NCBI GenBank assembly: GCA_963765575.1
Contig: CAVXWZ010000001.1
Coordinates: forward strand, 256,001 to 320,000
Source of the DNA: an uncultured cyanobacterium
GTDB taxonomy: Bacteria; Cyanobacteriota; Cyanobacteriia; PCC-6307; Cyanobiaceae
Direction of reading: 5' to 3'
Length of the DNA: 64,000 nt
Below, piece after piece: positions 49,154-59,186 of this stretch. The notes beneath the pieces are model-generated. The model saw only the letters and a program-made list of their open reading frames with translations, ran no database searches and had not been told where the DNA came from. The position numbers were made by a program, and so were the translations under genes. Each line of letters begins with the position of its first letter. Position 1 is the first letter of the stretch.

Positions 49154-49942
49154 ATGGAAGCCGGCACGATCGAGTCGCTGACGCCGGTGTTGGAGTCGGC
49201 GGATCAGTGGAGCGAAATCCTGCTGCTGCTGCCGCTGCTGGTGGCCCTCGAGGCGGTGCTCTCGGCCGACAACGCCATCGCCCTGGCCGCCATCTCCCGC
49301 CGCCTTCACGACCGCGCGCGCCAGGAGATGGCCCTCAACCTGGGGCTGGCGTTGGCCCTTGTGTTCCGCATCGGCCTGATCCTGGCGGCCCGCTGGGTGC
49401 TCAACTTCTGGCCCCTGCAGTTGGCCGCCTCCGCCTACCTGCTCTGGCTCTGCGGGCGCCACTTGCTGCTGGTGTTCTCTGGCCGGGAGGAGGGCTTCGA
49501 CCCCGATGCCGGCACGGCCGATGCCTCCCGGCCCCACCTCGGCGGCCACCCCGGCGAGCACCTCAGCGCCGGTCTGGGCAGCGTCATCGGCACCCTGGCA
49601 CTCACCGACCTGGCCTTCTCCATCGACAGCGTGGCCGCGGCGGTGGCGGTGAGTGACCGCATCGGCCTGGTGATCGCCGGCGGCGTGATCGGGGTGATCG
49701 CCCTGCGGCTCACCGCCGAGCTGTTCATCCGCTGGCTGGAGGTCTATCGCCACCTGGAGACCGCCGGCTACCTGGCGGTGGGCCTGGTGGGGTTGCGGCT
49801 GTTGCTGCGCCTCGGCCTGCCCGATCTGGTGCCACCTGAATGGCTGCTGCTCGCCGTGGTGGCGATGCTGTTTCTGTGGGGCTTTTCCGACCGCAAGCCG
49901 TCATCCGGCGCCGTCAGCCCCGCCCTGGCGGAAGCCGACTGA
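49154..49942 (+). CDS. TerC family membrane protein
   Basis: LEAVLSADNAIALA, DLAFSIDSVAAAVAVS. Confidence 0.92.
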   Translation: MEAGTIESLTPVLESADQWSEILLLLPLLVALEAVLSADNAIALAAISRRLHDRARQEMALNLGLALALVFRIGLILAARWVLNFWPLQLAASAYLLWLCGRHLLLVFSGREEGFDPDAGTADASRPHLGGHPGEHLSAGLGSVIGTLALTDLAFSIDSVAAAVAVSDRIGLVIAGGVIGVIALRLTAELFIRWLEVYRHLETAGYLAVGLVGLRLLLRLGLPDLVPPEWLLLAVVAMLFLWGFSDRKPSSGAVSPALAEAD

Positions 49943-49953
49943 GGCCTGGGTCG

Positions 49954-50316
49954 ATGCGGGTGGAACTGCGCGAGATCGGCAGCGATCAGCTGCTTGACGC
50001 CCTGGATGTGGAGGGTCTCAGCGCCGTGCCCCAGCCGGGCCGTTGGCTGGAGTGCGGTCGGCGCAGCTTTCTGGTGCTGCAGCGCCGCCATCGCTACCGG
50101 CTGCGCAGCGGCCGCTACGAGCTGGTGGCGGTGGCGCTGCAGGTGAAGCTCCAGCGACGGCCCAGCGATGCCCGCCGCTGGGGTGGCGGCTGGGTGATCG
50201 GCGATCCCCACTGCCGTTTCAATGCCCGCAGCCCCCTGTTGCGCTGCGCCGTGCTGCCCGAAGGTCCCTGTGAGCGCTGCAGCCACTTCACGCCGATCGC
50301 CCGGGCGGCCCCCTGA
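49954..50316 (+). CDS. DUF6464-like protein
   Basis: RHRYRLRSGRYEL, IGDPHCRFNARSPLLRCAVLPEGPCERC. Confidence 0.8.
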   Translation: MRVELREIGSDQLLDALDVEGLSAVPQPGRWLECGRRSFLVLQRRHRYRLRSGRYELVAVALQVKLQRRPSDARRWGGGWVIGDPHCRFNARSPLLRCAVLPEGPCERCSHFTPIARAAP

Positions 50317-50398
50317 TCCAGGTCGGCCGCGCCACGCCGACGGATGACCCTCCCGTATGGGGCCCGTAGGGTGAAGCAGATCCCGAGCGACGCTCCCC

Positions 50399-51787
50399 AT
50401 CACCAGCACCACCCCCAGCACCCGGCGACGCCGCCGGCCCAGCGGCGATCGTCCGGCCCAGGCCGGCCCGACCCCGGCGGGCGCGTCAGCGCAGGGAGCT
50501 TCGGCAGCGCCCGCGGCCGATCCCGCCAGCGCCGCGGCCTTCGCCGCCCTGGGGCTGGGCCAGCCGATCGTGCAGGCGGTGGCCGCCAAGGGCTACAGCG
50601 AACCCTCACCGATCCAGCTCCAGTGCATCCCGGCGGTGCTGGAGGGCCGCGACGTGATGGCGGCCGCCCAGACGGGCACCGGCAAGACGGCCGGCTTCAC
50701 CCTGCCGATGCTGGAGCGGCTGCGCCACGGCGCCCATGCCCGCGCTGGCGTGGTGCGTGCCCTGGTGCTCACCCCCACCCGCGAATTGGCGGCCCAGGTG
50801 GCGGAGAACGTGGCTGCCTACGGGCGCTACCTCGACCTGCGCAGCGACGTGGTCTTCGGCGGCGTCAAGATCAACCCCCAGATCAACCGCCTGCGGGCCG
50901 GCGCCGATGTGCTGGTGGCCACCCCGGGGCGGCTGCTTGACCTGCAGCAGCAGGGGGCCCTGCGCCTCGACCGGCTGGAGGTGCTGGTGCTCGATGAGGC
51001 CGACCGGATGCTCGACATGGGCTTCATCCGCGACATCCGCCGGCTGCTGGCGCTGATGCCGGAGCGCCGCCAGAACCTCCTCTTCTCCGCCACCTTCAGC
51101 GGGCCGATCAAGGCCCTGGCCCACGGTCTGCTGCACCAGCCCGTGCAGGTGCAGGCGACGCCGGAAAACCAGGCCGCTCCCCTGGTGGAGCACCTGCTCC
51201 ATCCCTGCGACATGGCCAGCAAGCCTGACCTGCTCACCCACCTGATCGCCAGCAATGGCTGGCAGCAGGTGCTGGTGTTCTCCCGCACCAAGCACGGCGC
51301 CAACCGCATGGCCGAGAAGCTCAGCCAGGCCGGCATGGCCGCTGCGGCGATCCACGGCAACAAGAGTCAGGGGGCGCGCACCCGGGCCCTTTCCGGGTTC
51401 AAGAGCGGGGACGTGCAGGTGCTGGTGGCCACCGACCTGGCCGCCCGCGGCATCGACATCCACCAGTTGCCGCATGTGGTCAACCTCGATCTGCCCAACC
51501 AGCCCGAGGACTACGTGCATCGCATCGGCCGCACCGGCCGGGCGGGCCACCCCGGCCATGCCATCTCCCTGGTGGCGGCCGAGGAGCATGAGCTGCTGCG
51601 CGCGATCGAGAGGCTGCTGGGCAGCCGCTTGCCGCGCGAGGAGGTGCCGGGCTTCGAACCCACGGTGCACTCGGCGCCAGCGCTCGATCTCAGCGGTGGC
51701 CGGGGCCGGGGTGGCCGCAGTTCCGGCGGTGCCGCCCGGGGCCGTCGGCCTGCAAATGGCAACAACCGACACAACCGCAACCGCTGA
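50399..51787 (+). CDS. DEAD-box RNA helicase (RhlE-like); proposed ATC start at 50399, first canonical start GTG 50570
   Basis: FAALGL...PSPIQ Q motif, [31 protein letters not shown]-rich tail. Confidence 0.9.
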   Translation: MTSTTPSTRRRRRPSGDRPAQAGPTPAGASAQGASAAPAADPASAAAFAALGLGQPIVQAVAAKGYSEPSPIQLQCIPAVLEGRDVMAAAQTGTGKTAGFTLPMLERLRHGAHARAGVVRALVLTPTRELAAQVAENVAAYGRYLDLRSDVVFGGVKINPQINRLRAGADVLVATPGRLLDLQQQGALRLDRLEVLVLDEADRMLDMGFIRDIRRLLALMPERRQNLLFSATFSGPIKALAHGLLHQPVQVQATPENQAAPLVEHLLHPCDMASKPDLLTHLIASNGWQQVLVFSRTKHGANRMAEKLSQAGMAAAAIHGNKSQGARTRALSGFKSGDVQVLVATDLAARGIDIHQLPHVVNLDLPNQPEDYVHRIGRTGRAGHPGHAISLVAAEEHELLRAIERLLGSRLPREEVPGFEPTVHSAPALDLSGGRGRGGRSSGGAARGRRPANGNNRHNRNR

Positions 51788-51836
51788 CCTCCGCTCGGAT
51801 GGGTAGACACTGTGTCCGCCTGCGTCTGAGTTCCCC

Positions 51837-52055
51837 ATGCCCTATGAGCCCGGATCACTCCAGTGCCGCGTCCTGATCGACTGCAAGAGTCAGATCGAGT
51901 CGATGCTGCTTGTGCTCGGACGGATCGAGGACAGTGCTCCGATCCGTGAGCAGTTGCGGGGCGTGCACCAGCAACTCGAAGACCTGCACGGCCGCTACCG
52001 TCGCTCCGAGGTGTCGGGCGACGCCGATCAGCCGGCCACCCCCGCCATCTCCTGA
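51837..52055 (+). CDS. Hypothetical protein, 72 aa
   Basis: YEPGSLQCRVLIDCK, QLRGVHQQLEDLH. Confidence 0.75.
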   Translation: MPYEPGSLQCRVLIDCKSQIESMLLVLGRIEDSAPIREQLRGVHQQLEDLHGRYRRSEVSGDADQPATPAIS

Positions 52056-52086
52056 CGGATTTCTGGCGACCCTTCTGGCAGCGCCT

Positions 52087-53136
52087 TCAGCCGTTTTGAT
52101 CGCCCAGGCGTTCGCCGGTCTGCACCCCTAGCTGCTGCAGCAGCGCCTGACCGGCGCAGGCCGAGCGGCCCGCCAGCTGGCCTGCGCGCAGCAGCAGCGG
52201 ACAGCCACCGGTGGCCAGCACCAACCCCACCCCCGGCTCCACTGCCAGCACCGTGCCGGGCGGCCCAGCCGAGCCGGCTGTTGGCCAGCCACGGCCGGCT
52301 GTTCCACGGCCGCAGAGGGCCGCGGCCTCGGGGCTGAGCTGATCGGCCAGCCGCTCCACCAGCGGCTCGCTGGCCAGCAGCCGCAGCCGCTGCTCCTGCC
52401 AGCTGGTGTGGGCGCCGGGATGGAGCCCCATCACCCGCCGGTGGATGGCCAGAGCGCTCTGACGCCAGTCGATGCGGAAATCGTCCTTGCCCAGCAGCCT
52501 TGCGTGGGTGAGGCCCTGCTCGCCCTGCCGCCGCACCCCCAGCCGTGCCAGCCGCTGCGCTTCCGGTCCGGGGCCCGCCGCCTCGATCCGCGGCAGGGCT
52601 TCCACGAGCAGCTCGGCGGTGAGGGTGGCCAGGCGCAGGGCCAGTTGGCCGGCGTTCTCCAGCAGTCCAATCGCAAGGGCCCGCTCCAGCAGCACCGGGC
52701 CGGTGTCGAGGCCAGGCTCCATCGCCATGATCCCCACTCCGGTCTGCTCGTCCCCCTCGATCAGGCTCCACTGGATCGGCGCCGCCCCCCGCCAGCGGGG
52801 CAGCAGGGAACCGTGGCCGTTCCAGCAGCCCAGCGGCGGCTGGGCCAGCACCTCCGGCGGCAGGATCTGGCCGAAGGCCACCACCACGGAGGTGTCGGCC
52901 CCCAGGGCGGCCAGCTGGGCCTGGGTGTGGGGCTCGCGGCGAATCCGCTCCGGTGTGACCACGGGCAGCCCCAGCTCCAGGGCGCGGGCCTTCACGGGGC
53001 TGGGCAGCAGCGCCTTGCCGCGCCCACGGCGGCGGTCGGGCTGGCTCACCACCCCCACCAGCTCATGGCCAGCGGCCACCAGGGCATCGAGGCTGGCCAC
53101 GGCGTAGGCCGGGGTGCCCCAGAACAGGATCTTCAT
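52087..53136 (-). CDS. fmt: Methionyl-tRNA formyltransferase
   Basis: FWGTP, QPDRRRGRG, NGHGSLLPRWRGAAPIQ, GLDTG. Confidence 0.97.
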   Translation of the reverse strand: MKILFWGTPAYAVASLDALVAAGHELVGVVSQPDRRRGRGKALLPSPVKARALELGLPVVTPERIRREPHTQAQLAALGADTSVVVAFGQILPPEVLAQPPLGCWNGHGSLLPRWRGAAPIQWSLIEGDEQTGVGIMAMEPGLDTGPVLLERALAIGLLENAGQLALRLATLTAELLVEALPRIEAAGPGPEAQRLARLGVRRQGEQGLTHARLLGKDDFRIDWRQSALAIHRRVMGLHPGAHTSWQEQRLRLLASEPLVERLADQLSPEAAALCGRGTAGRGWPTAGSAGPPGTVLAVEPGVGLVLATGGCPLLLRAGQLAGRSACAGQALLQQLGVQTGERLGDQNG

Positions 53137-53169
53137 GGCCCCGAGCCTGGGCGGCCCACCAGCCCCGGC

Positions 53170-54612
53170 TCAGGCATCCCCGGTGATCGACAGCCCCTCC
53201 ACCCACACGTGCGGGCAGAGGCCGTCGGGGGTGATCTGGGGCTCGCCCTCAAAGCCCACGATGGTGTTGAGCAGCTGGCGGATGTCGCCGGCCACGGTGG
53301 CCGCCTCGATCGAGCGCAGCTCGCCGCCGCGCACCAGCCAGCCATCGAAGGGCAGTGAGAAGCTCCCCTGGCTGGCCTTGACGCCGGCGTGCAGGGCCGA
53401 GAGCGAATCGATCACCACCACACCGGCCCCGTCGCTCTGGCCGGGCGCGCGGTGGTCGAGACCCTGCTGGCCGCCGTCGCTGCCGGGGGTGGGGCCCACC
53501 TCAAACCAGTCCGGGCTCACCGACACCTTGGCGCCCATGCCGGCGTGGCCGGTGGGCGCCACGCCGAAGGCCCGTGCCGTGGCCTCGGAGTGCAGGAAGT
53601 GGCGCAGCATGCCCGCCTCCACCAGGGCCAGCTTGTGGGTGGGGGTGCCTTCGCCGTCAAAGGCGGCGGCGCCGATGTTGCCCGCATGCAGGCCGTTGTC
53701 GTGGATCGAGAGGAACGGCACCGCCAGCGGCTGGCCGAGGGCATCGCGGTTGCTGAGGCTGACGCCATCGAGCACGGCACGGGCGTTGAACAGGCTGGAG
53801 AAGGCGCCGATCAGATCCAGGAACGCCTCCGGGGTGAACACGCAGCGGTAGCGGCCGGTGTCGATCGGGCCGTAGTCGAGGTGGCTGATGGTGCGCTCGG
53901 CCGCCTCGGCGACGCAACCGGCCACATCCAGATCGTCGACGCCGTAGGCCAGCCGCACGGCACCGGCGCTGCGCGGTTTGCGTCCCGTTTCCTCGGCCCG
54001 GGCGTAGAGATAGAGGCTGGCGGTGCTCAGGCGCTGCTGGCGGCAGGCTCCGGCGCTGTTGAGATACAGGCGTTCACTGCGGCGCTGGGCCAGGCCGTTG
54101 TAGGGCACGGTGCCGATGGCGGCATGGCGATCCAGCAGCTCGCGCTCGGCGCCCTGAAGCGTGTCCAGCAGTTGCAGGATCGGCTTTGAGGGCCGCAGTG
54201 GCTGCTCCAGCTGTGGCAGGGGCGCGGTGGCCAGGGGGGAGAAGGCCGGGGTGTCGTCGGGGTTGCCGAAGGAACTGGCGGCCCTGGCGCCCACCAGGGC
54301 TGTCTCCAGGCCGGCAGCGGAGAGGTCGGAGGTGCTGGTCACCCCCACCAGCCCCTCGCTGTTCCAGACGCGCACGGTGATGGCGCTGCGCTGGGCGCCC
54401 TTCATCTGCTTGGGTTCGCCCCGATCCACCTGCACCGCGGTGTCGGTGCTGCAGGAGGCGCCCAGATCCCACTGGCGGATGCCGTGGCGGTTGGCCAGTT
54501 GATCGAGGCTGTCGCGCAGGGCCGGGGCATCGAGGCCAGTGGCCGCCGTGGAGGACACCGTGCTCGCCTCGGTCACGGTGTTGCCCGTGCTCGTTGTCAG
54601 GTTTGCCGTCAT
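53170..54612 (-). CDS. pmbA: TldD/PmbA family protein (PmbA/TldE subunit)
   Basis: FDGEGTPT, PTGHA, GSFSLPFDG; no HExxxH; follows tldD. Confidence 0.85.
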   Translation of the reverse strand: MTANLTTSTGNTVTEASTVSSTAATGLDAPALRDSLDQLANRHGIRQWDLGASCSTDTAVQVDRGEPKQMKGAQRSAITVRVWNSEGLVGVTSTSDLSAAGLETALVGARAASSFGNPDDTPAFSPLATAPLPQLEQPLRPSKPILQLLDTLQGAERELLDRHAAIGTVPYNGLAQRRSERLYLNSAGACRQQRLSTASLYLYARAEETGRKPRSAGAVRLAYGVDDLDVAGCVAEAAERTISHLDYGPIDTGRYRCVFTPEAFLDLIGAFSSLFNARAVLDGVSLSNRDALGQPLAVPFLSIHDNGLHAGNIGAAAFDGEGTPTHKLALVEAGMLRHFLHSEATARAFGVAPTGHAGMGAKVSVSPDWFEVGPTPGSDGGQQGLDHRAPGQSDGAGVVVIDSLSALHAGVKASQGSFSLPFDGWLVRGGELRSIEAATVAGDIRQLLNTIVGFEGEPQITPDGLCPHVWVEGLSITGDA

Positions 54613-54614
54613 GG

Positions 54615-56045
54615 TCAGCGCCCCCCCACGGTGATCGCATCCACCTTGATGTGGGGCTGGCCCACGGTGACGTTGATGCTGCCGCTCACCGAGCCGCAGA
54701 AGCCGGCGGCCAGGTCGAGGTCGTTGGCGCACATGGAGATGCGTGGCATCACCTCCTTGGCCTCGCCGATCAGGGTGGCGCCCTTGACGGGCCTGGTGAG
54801 CTGGCCGTTCTCGATCATGTAGCCCTCCTCCACGGCGAAGTTGAACTGGCCGGTGGGCCCCACACTGCCGCCCCCCATCGATTTGCAGTACAGCCCCCGG
54901 TCCACCGAGGCGATCAGCTCGTCGGGGCTGTGGGGACCGGCGGCGATGAAGGTGTTGCGCATGCGGCTGGCGGCGGCGAAGTTGTGGCTCTGGCGCCGGC
55001 CGCTGCCGGTGCGGGCGTGGCCAGTGCGCAGTTCGCCTGCCCGGTCGGAGAGAAAGCGCTGTAGCACGCCGTTCTCGATCAGCACGGTGCGCTGGGCCTC
55101 CATGCCCTCATCGTCCATCGACAGCGACCCGAAGGCCCCGTCGCTGAGGCCCTCGTCGATCGCCGTCACTGCCGGGTGGGCGATCGGCTCCCCCACCTTG
55201 TCGGTGAAGGGGGTGGTGCCGCGCTCCACCTGGGTGGTTTCCAGCAGGTGGCCGCAGGCCTCGTGGAAGATCACGCCGCCGAAGCGGTTGGCGAGCACCG
55301 CCGGCATCTGGCCGGCCTGCACATAGTCGGCGTAGAGCATGGTGCCGGCGCTCTCGCAGACCTCCCGGGCGCTGGCCTCCACGTCCCAGAGGCGCAGCTG
55401 GTCGGGGCGGTCTGAGCTGCCGTAGCGGCGGCCGATGCTGGAGCGGTGGTCGCCATCGGCGGCCAGCACACTCAGCCCCAGGGACTGGTGCAGACGCACG
55501 TCGCGGGCGAAGGTGCCGTCGCTGGCGGCCACCAACACTTCCTGCCAGTCGCGGGCGTAGCTGCCGCGGCGCACCTGCAGATGGCGGCCCACCTGCTCCA
55601 GCCGCCGGGTGCCCTCCAGCAGCTTGCCGGTGGCCTCGGCCAGGTCGGGGCAGCGGCCCAGCCAGTCGCCCTTGCCGCTGCCGTGGTCGTGCAGTGCCGG
55701 CAGGCCCTCGAAGTGGCTGGTCGCTGCCCGGCTGGGCTCCAGACCGAGCATGCCCAGGGCCTGCTCGAGGGCGGCCAGCAGGCCGCTTGCGCTGAGGTCA
55801 TTGGTGCTCACGAAGCCATCGCGCAGGCCCCGGAACACCCGTAGTCCGGCGCCCATGCCGAAGGCGGGGCTGACGCTGGTGATGCCGTCCTGTTCGGCCA
55901 GCACGCCGATGTGGTCAATGCGCTCCAGGAACACCTCCACCAGGTCAGCGCCGGCGGCGCGGCCGGCGGCCAGCAGGGTCTCCAGCCGGCTGCTCCAGCC
56001 GGCGTCGAGCTGGTGCAGGCGGGGCGGAGGCGCGGTGACGACCAT
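54615..56045 (-). CDS. tldD: TldD metalloprotease
   Basis: [31 protein letters not shown]. Confidence 0.92.
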   Translation of the reverse strand: MVVTAPPPRLHQLDAGWSSRLETLLAAGRAAGADLVEVFLERIDHIGVLAEQDGITSVSPAFGMGAGLRVFRGLRDGFVSTNDLSASGLLAALEQALGMLGLEPSRAATSHFEGLPALHDHGSGKGDWLGRCPDLAEATGKLLEGTRRLEQVGRHLQVRRGSYARDWQEVLVAASDGTFARDVRLHQSLGLSVLAADGDHRSSIGRRYGSSDRPDQLRLWDVEASAREVCESAGTMLYADYVQAGQMPAVLANRFGGVIFHEACGHLLETTQVERGTTPFTDKVGEPIAHPAVTAIDEGLSDGAFGSLSMDDEGMEAQRTVLIENGVLQRFLSDRAGELRTGHARTGSGRRQSHNFAAASRMRNTFIAAGPHSPDELIASVDRGLYCKSMGGGSVGPTGQFNFAVEEGYMIENGQLTRPVKGATLIGEAKEVMPRISMCANDLDLAAGFCGSVSGSINVTVGQPHIKVDAITVGGR

Positions 56046-56153
56046 CGGGAGGGGACTGGGTGTGATGGTCCTAGCAAAAAGGGACCCTGGCCGGGCAAAA
56101 ACGTCCCCCGGCACCAGCGACGAGTCACGGCACAACCCAAGGGCCTCGGCATG

Positions 56154-56184
56154 AAAAAGGCCCCGGCCGATCTGGCTGGGGCCC
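56154..56184 (-). terminator. Rho-independent terminator after acsF
   Basis: Minus strand GGGCCCCAGCCAGATCGGCCGGGGCC followed by TTTTT. Confidence 0.75.
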
Positions 56185-56198
56185 GCTGCAGGCGGCAC

Positions 56199-56259
56199 TC
56201 AGGGCATGGCTCAGCGCACTGCTCAGCGCACCGATTCAGCGCATCGCTCAGCGAACGGT
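56199..56259. repeat. Five ~12-bp degenerate tandem repeats at the acsF stop codon
   Basis: CTCAGGGCATGG CTCAGCGCACTG CTCAGCGCACCG ATTCAGCGCATCG CTCAGCGAACGG. Confidence 0.85.
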
Positions 56260-57366
56260 GGGCTGGAAGTCCTCGCTGCGGATCGGCTTCATCAGAAACA
56301 GGGCCGCCATCTCCACGCCGTTGGCCAGCCAGAAGGGCAGCTTGCGGAAGGCCTTGAGCGGCGCCGGGGCGCTGCCCTGGTCGGCGGCGGTGAGCTGTTC
56401 ATTGTTGTGTACCAGGCGCTCCAGGCGCTCCCAGAAGCGGGGGTTGCGCACGTCGAGCACCACCGGGAACACCCGGGCGGAGGTCTCGTTGGTCTTCTCG
56501 ATCACCTCCTTGTCGTAGACCCGGGCGTCGAGGCCCAGGGCCTCATAGAACTCCTTGCGGGCCACGTCGCGCACGTACATGGTGGCGAACACGGCCAGCA
56601 GGAAGAAGCGGCACCACAGCCGGGCCCGCAGACCCCGCACGGTGTCGGGCTGGGCCTTCATCAGGGCATCGAAGAAGTCGCCGTGGCGGTTCTCGTCCTG
56701 GCACCAGTTCTCGAAGAAGTTGAAGATCGGGAAGATCTTGCTTTCGGGGTGCTGTTCCAGGTGGCGGTAGATGGCGATGTAGCGCCAGTAGCCGATCTTC
56801 TCGCTCAGGTAGGTGGCGTAGAAGATGAACTTGGGCTTGAAGAAGGTGTAGGCCTTGTTGGCGGTGAGGAAGCCGAGATCGAGCTGCAGCCCGAAATCGC
56901 CCATGGCCTTGTTGAGGAAGCCGGCATGGCGGGCCTCATCGCGGGCCATGTGGGCGAAACACTCAGCCAGCAGCGGGTTCTTGTCCTTGATGCGGCGGCT
57001 GAGCTCCTTGTAGAGCAGGAAGCCGGAGAACTCCGAGGTGCAGCTCTGCTCGAGGAATTCCACGAACACGCGCCGGGTTTCGGGATCGAGCTTCTCGGCG
57101 GCGCCATCGAACTCGGCGTTGCGCACGAAGTGGTGGCGGTTGTAGTCCTTGCGGAACTCTTCGCAGATGGCCTCCAGCTCGGCCTCATTGGGCCGCAGAT
57201 CCATCGCCGCCATGGCGGCGAAATCCGTGGTGTAGAAGCGGGGGGTGAGGATCGTGTCCCGCACCGGATCCTTGACGGCCGGCGCCTCGGGCGTGCCGAT
57301 CGGCTGGCCGGACGCGGCCGTGGGAGAGGCTGCGGTGTTGGAGGCGACTGCGGAGGGGGGCACCAT
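56248..57366 (-). CDS. acsF: Mg-protoporphyrin IX monomethyl ester oxidative cyclase
   Basis: [38 protein letters not shown]. Confidence 0.98.
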   Translation of the reverse strand: MVPPSAVASNTAASPTAASGQPIGTPEAPAVKDPVRDTILTPRFYTTDFAAMAAMDLRPNEAELEAICEEFRKDYNRHHFVRNAEFDGAAEKLDPETRRVFVEFLEQSCTSEFSGFLLYKELSRRIKDKNPLLAECFAHMARDEARHAGFLNKAMGDFGLQLDLGFLTANKAYTFFKPKFIFYATYLSEKIGYWRYIAIYRHLEQHPESKIFPIFNFFENWCQDENRHGDFFDALMKAQPDTVRGLRARLWCRFFLLAVFATMYVRDVARKEFYEALGLDARVYDKEVIEKTNETSARVFPVVLDVRNPRFWERLERLVHNNEQLTAADQGSAPAPLKAFRKLPFWLANGVEMAALFLMKPIRSEDFQPTVR

Positions 57367-57462
57367 CGAGGAGCAGCACGGAGCGATGCTGGCATCGTAA
57401 GGGCCCCGCGCCGGGGCGCGGTGGCGGATGTCGAGGGTCGCTGCAGTTTGTCGCAGCCGCCC

Positions 57463-57897
57463 TCAGTTGGGCCCGAGCCACTTCTGGCCGTTGAGTCGCT
57501 GCACCAGCCGGGACACCAGCAGCGCCTGGCTCATGCGCTTCTCGTCGGAGAGGAAGGGCTCCAGCACAGAGGGCTCGGCGCCCGGTTCAGCCAGGACGAT
57601 GGCCTTGGCCCCATTGATGCTTTCGGCGGTGAAGCAGAGCCAGAAGCGCCGCTGGCCGGGCAGCTGGCCGGCCACCATCCAGCAGTTGCCGCCAACGACC
57701 GGCATGGCGCCCTGCTCGAAGCGCAGCTCCGGCTCGGGCCCGCCGTAGCCGCGGATCTCCTTGGCCAGGGCTGGCAGCAGCGACTCCGGGATGAAGGTGG
57801 TGAAGGGCGCGTCCTCCGGGGCCGGGGGCTTGGCCGCTTTCGCCGGCTTGGCCGCAGCGGTGCCCGGAGGGGCGGGGGATGGGGTGGGATCGCTCAC
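57463..57897 (-). CDS. ndhV: DUF2996 family protein (NDH-1 subunit NdhV-like)
   Basis: KPPAPEDAPFTTFI, RRFWLCF, LEPFLSDEKR, LVQRLNGQKWL. Confidence 0.8.
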   Translation of the reverse strand: MSDPTPSPAPPGTAAAKPAKAAKPPAPEDAPFTTFIPESLLPALAKEIRGYGGPEPELRFEQGAMPVVGGNCWMVAGQLPGQRRFWLCFTAESINGAKAIVLAEPGAEPSVLEPFLSDEKRMSQALLVSRLVQRLNGQKWLGPN

Positions 57898-57964
57898 CGG
57901 ACGCAGGCCCCGTTGAATGGCTGACGGGACTCTAGTCAGCCCCAGCAAGGCCCAGCCATGGCCC

Positions 57965-58516
57965 CTACCAGTCCTCGCCCGGGAGCTCTCCCCAGCCCTG
58001 GTCGAGATCGCTGCTCTCGGTCGCTGGGGCGGTGGCGGTGGTTGTGGCGGTAGCGGTGGGTGTGGTTGTGGCACCGCCGGCATGGACGCCGCTGCGGTCC
58101 GGGCGGCGGATCACCCGGTAGGCCACCGCCACGGTGGGGGCCGGTTCGCCGGGTTCGCGGCTGGGGCCGGCATCGGACCATCCCGGCGGCGGGGCCGGGG
58201 CCGGCCGAGGCGCGGCTTGGGGCGCTGCCGCTGGGGCCGGTGAGCGGCGTGGTTCCGGCTCGTCCCAAACGTCCCGGAACACCTGGCGCTGCAGGCTCGG
58301 CGCACCACTGCGCAGGGCCAGGGCCGTGGCCCCACCGCTGAGCAGGGCACCGCCGGCGGACGCCAGCAGCAGCCACACCCCCACGGGCAGCGGTGGCGAG
58401 GTCCAGATCAGCAGCCGCAGGCGCACCGCCGGCCGGGGATTGACCGCCCCAACCACCATCACGGCCAGCAACGGGGCCAGCAGGGGCAGCAACAGCAACC
58501 GGCGCAGCAGGCTCAA
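57965..58516 (-). CDS. Hypothetical membrane protein
   Basis: Two N-terminal TMs, AVNPRPAVRLRLLIW, PAPTVAVAYRVIRR; overlap-coupled to ubiX. Confidence 0.75.
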   Translation of the reverse strand: MSLLRRLLLLPLLAPLLAVMVVGAVNPRPAVRLRLLIWTSPPLPVGVWLLLASAGGALLSGGATALALRSGAPSLQRQVFRDVWDEPEPRRSPAPAAAPQAAPRPAPAPPPGWSDAGPSREPGEPAPTVAVAYRVIRRPDRSGVHAGGATTTPTATATTTATAPATESSDLDQGWGELPGEDW

Positions 58517-59169
58517 GACTCGGGGTCAGCGGGGCCCGCGCCCGAGTCTGCATGCCGCACCGGACCCTGCCAACGCCGCAGCGACCCGAGGTCGTAGCCG
58601 AGCAGGTCGAACACCCGGATGACCAGGAAATCCACCATGTCCTCGATCGTGCGCGGCTGGTGATACCAGGCCGGCACGGGCGGGGCGATGCGCGCACCCG
58701 CCTCCGCCAGGGCGGTGAGGTTGCGCAGATGCACCAGGTTCCAGGGGGTCTCCCGGGGGCAGATCACCAGGGGCCGCGCCTCCTTGAGATGCACATCGGC
58801 CGCCCGTTCCACCAGGTCGAGGGCGACCCCGGTGGCGATCCGACCCACGGTGCCCATCGAGGCCGGCAGAATCACCATGCCGCGGGTGCGGTAGCTGCCG
58901 CTGGCGATGGCCGCCGCCTGGTCGTTCCAGCGCAGGCAGCGCAGCTGGCCGCCCTGGCAGCCGGTGCGATCGCGCCAGAAGCGTTCCTGGGCCTGGGGAT
59001 CTCCAGGCACCTGCACCCCCAGCTCGGCCTGCCAAACCGCGATCGCGCCACGGCTGGTCACCAGTTCCACCGCCTCGCCGGCCTCCAGCAGCAGCTGCAG
59101 GGCCCGCTGGGCGAGGGGCTGGGCCGAGGCCCCGGAGATGGCCAGCACCACCGGTGCGCCCTGGCTCAT
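58513..59169 (-). CDS. ubiX: Flavin prenyltransferase
   Basis: AISGAS, IASGS, PASMGT, RAADVHLKE, PRETP, PAWYHQP. Confidence 0.95.
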   Translation of the reverse strand: MSQGAPVVLAISGASAQPLAQRALQLLLEAGEAVELVTSRGAIAVWQAELGVQVPGDPQAQERFWRDRTGCQGGQLRCLRWNDQAAAIASGSYRTRGMVILPASMGTVGRIATGVALDLVERAADVHLKEARPLVICPRETPWNLVHLRNLTALAEAGARIAPPVPAWYHQPRTIEDMVDFLVIRVFDLLGYDLGSLRRWQGPVRHADSGAGPADPES

Positions 59170-59186
59170 GGCGTCAGCCCCGCCAT

